5,657 bases of DNA from a virus (taxonomy: Duplodnaviria > Heunggongvirae > Uroviricota > Caudoviricetes), in the IMG/VR virus record IMGVR_UViG_2609460218_000011; one strand, written 5' to 3'. The translations under genes and the position numbers were made by a program. Below, in pieces: positions 5,487 to 5,657 of the stretch. The first letter of the stretch is position 1, and the number at the start of each line of letters is the position of its first letter. The notes beneath the pieces were generated by a model that ran no database searches, was not told the origin of the DNA, and was given only the letters and a program-made list of their open reading frames with translations.

Positions 5487-5657
5487 GGTGATGCTGCCAA
5501 CTTACTGATTTAGTGTATGATGGTGTTTTTGAGGTGCTCCAGTGGCTTCTGTTTCTATCAGCTGTCCCTCCTGTTCAGCTACTGACGGGGTGGTGCGTAA
5601 CGGCAAAAGCACCGCCGGACATCAGCGCTATCTCTGCTCTCACTGCCGTAAAACACT
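5487..5657 (+). mobile_element. IS1-family insertion sequence, partial copy cut by the window edge; IRL terminus at 5487
   Basis: GGTGATGCTGCCAACTTACTGATTTAGTG... in forward orientation, the reverse complement of positions 16-186. The last two bases (5656-5657, CT) differ from the left copy (TG). Confidence 0.9.
5542..5657 (+). CDS. insA: IS1 InsA, N-terminal portion; continues past the window end
   Basis: GTG 5542 opens a frame translating [38 protein letters not shown]..., matching the InsA N-terminus. Confidence 0.85.
   Translation, partial: MASVSISCPSCSATDGVVRNGKSTAGHQRYLCSHCRKT

Noticed and set aside
1-5657. tRNA, rRNA and CRISPR arrays
   Set aside because: No T-loop-like GTTCGAATCC motifs, no rRNA-like conserved blocks, and no regularly spaced direct repeats of 25-40 bp were found.

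Overview
This 5,657-bp window looks like an enterobacterial (E. coli/Shigella-like) accessory segment bracketed by two partial IS1 copies in inverted orientation (1-186 on the minus strand, 5487-5657 on the plus strand), each with its IRL/insA end at the inner junction. Between them, in order: (i) the C-terminal ~380 codons of a phage side-tail-fibre gene whose frame runs open into the left IS1 junction, so it is 5'-truncated; (ii) about 700 bp with competing overlapping ORFs, possibly a frameshifted gene; (iii) a translationally coupled gene pair of unknown function (191 aa and 565 aa, ATGA overlap) ending at an intrinsic terminator; (iv) about 650 bp of apparently non-coding DNA with tandem GTGACGTAAA repeats, seven GATC sites in 257 bp, and a candidate minus-strand small RNA with its own promoter and terminator; (v) a hok/gef-type type I toxin locus (46-codon CDS at 5222-5362, too short for the supplied ORF track) with a recognisable promoter and a perfect 10-bp 5'/3' fold-back complementarity, followed 59 bp later by the right IS1. 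No rRNA, tRNA or CRISPR array was seen. All functional calls rest on motif recognition by eye; no database search or folding computation was run.
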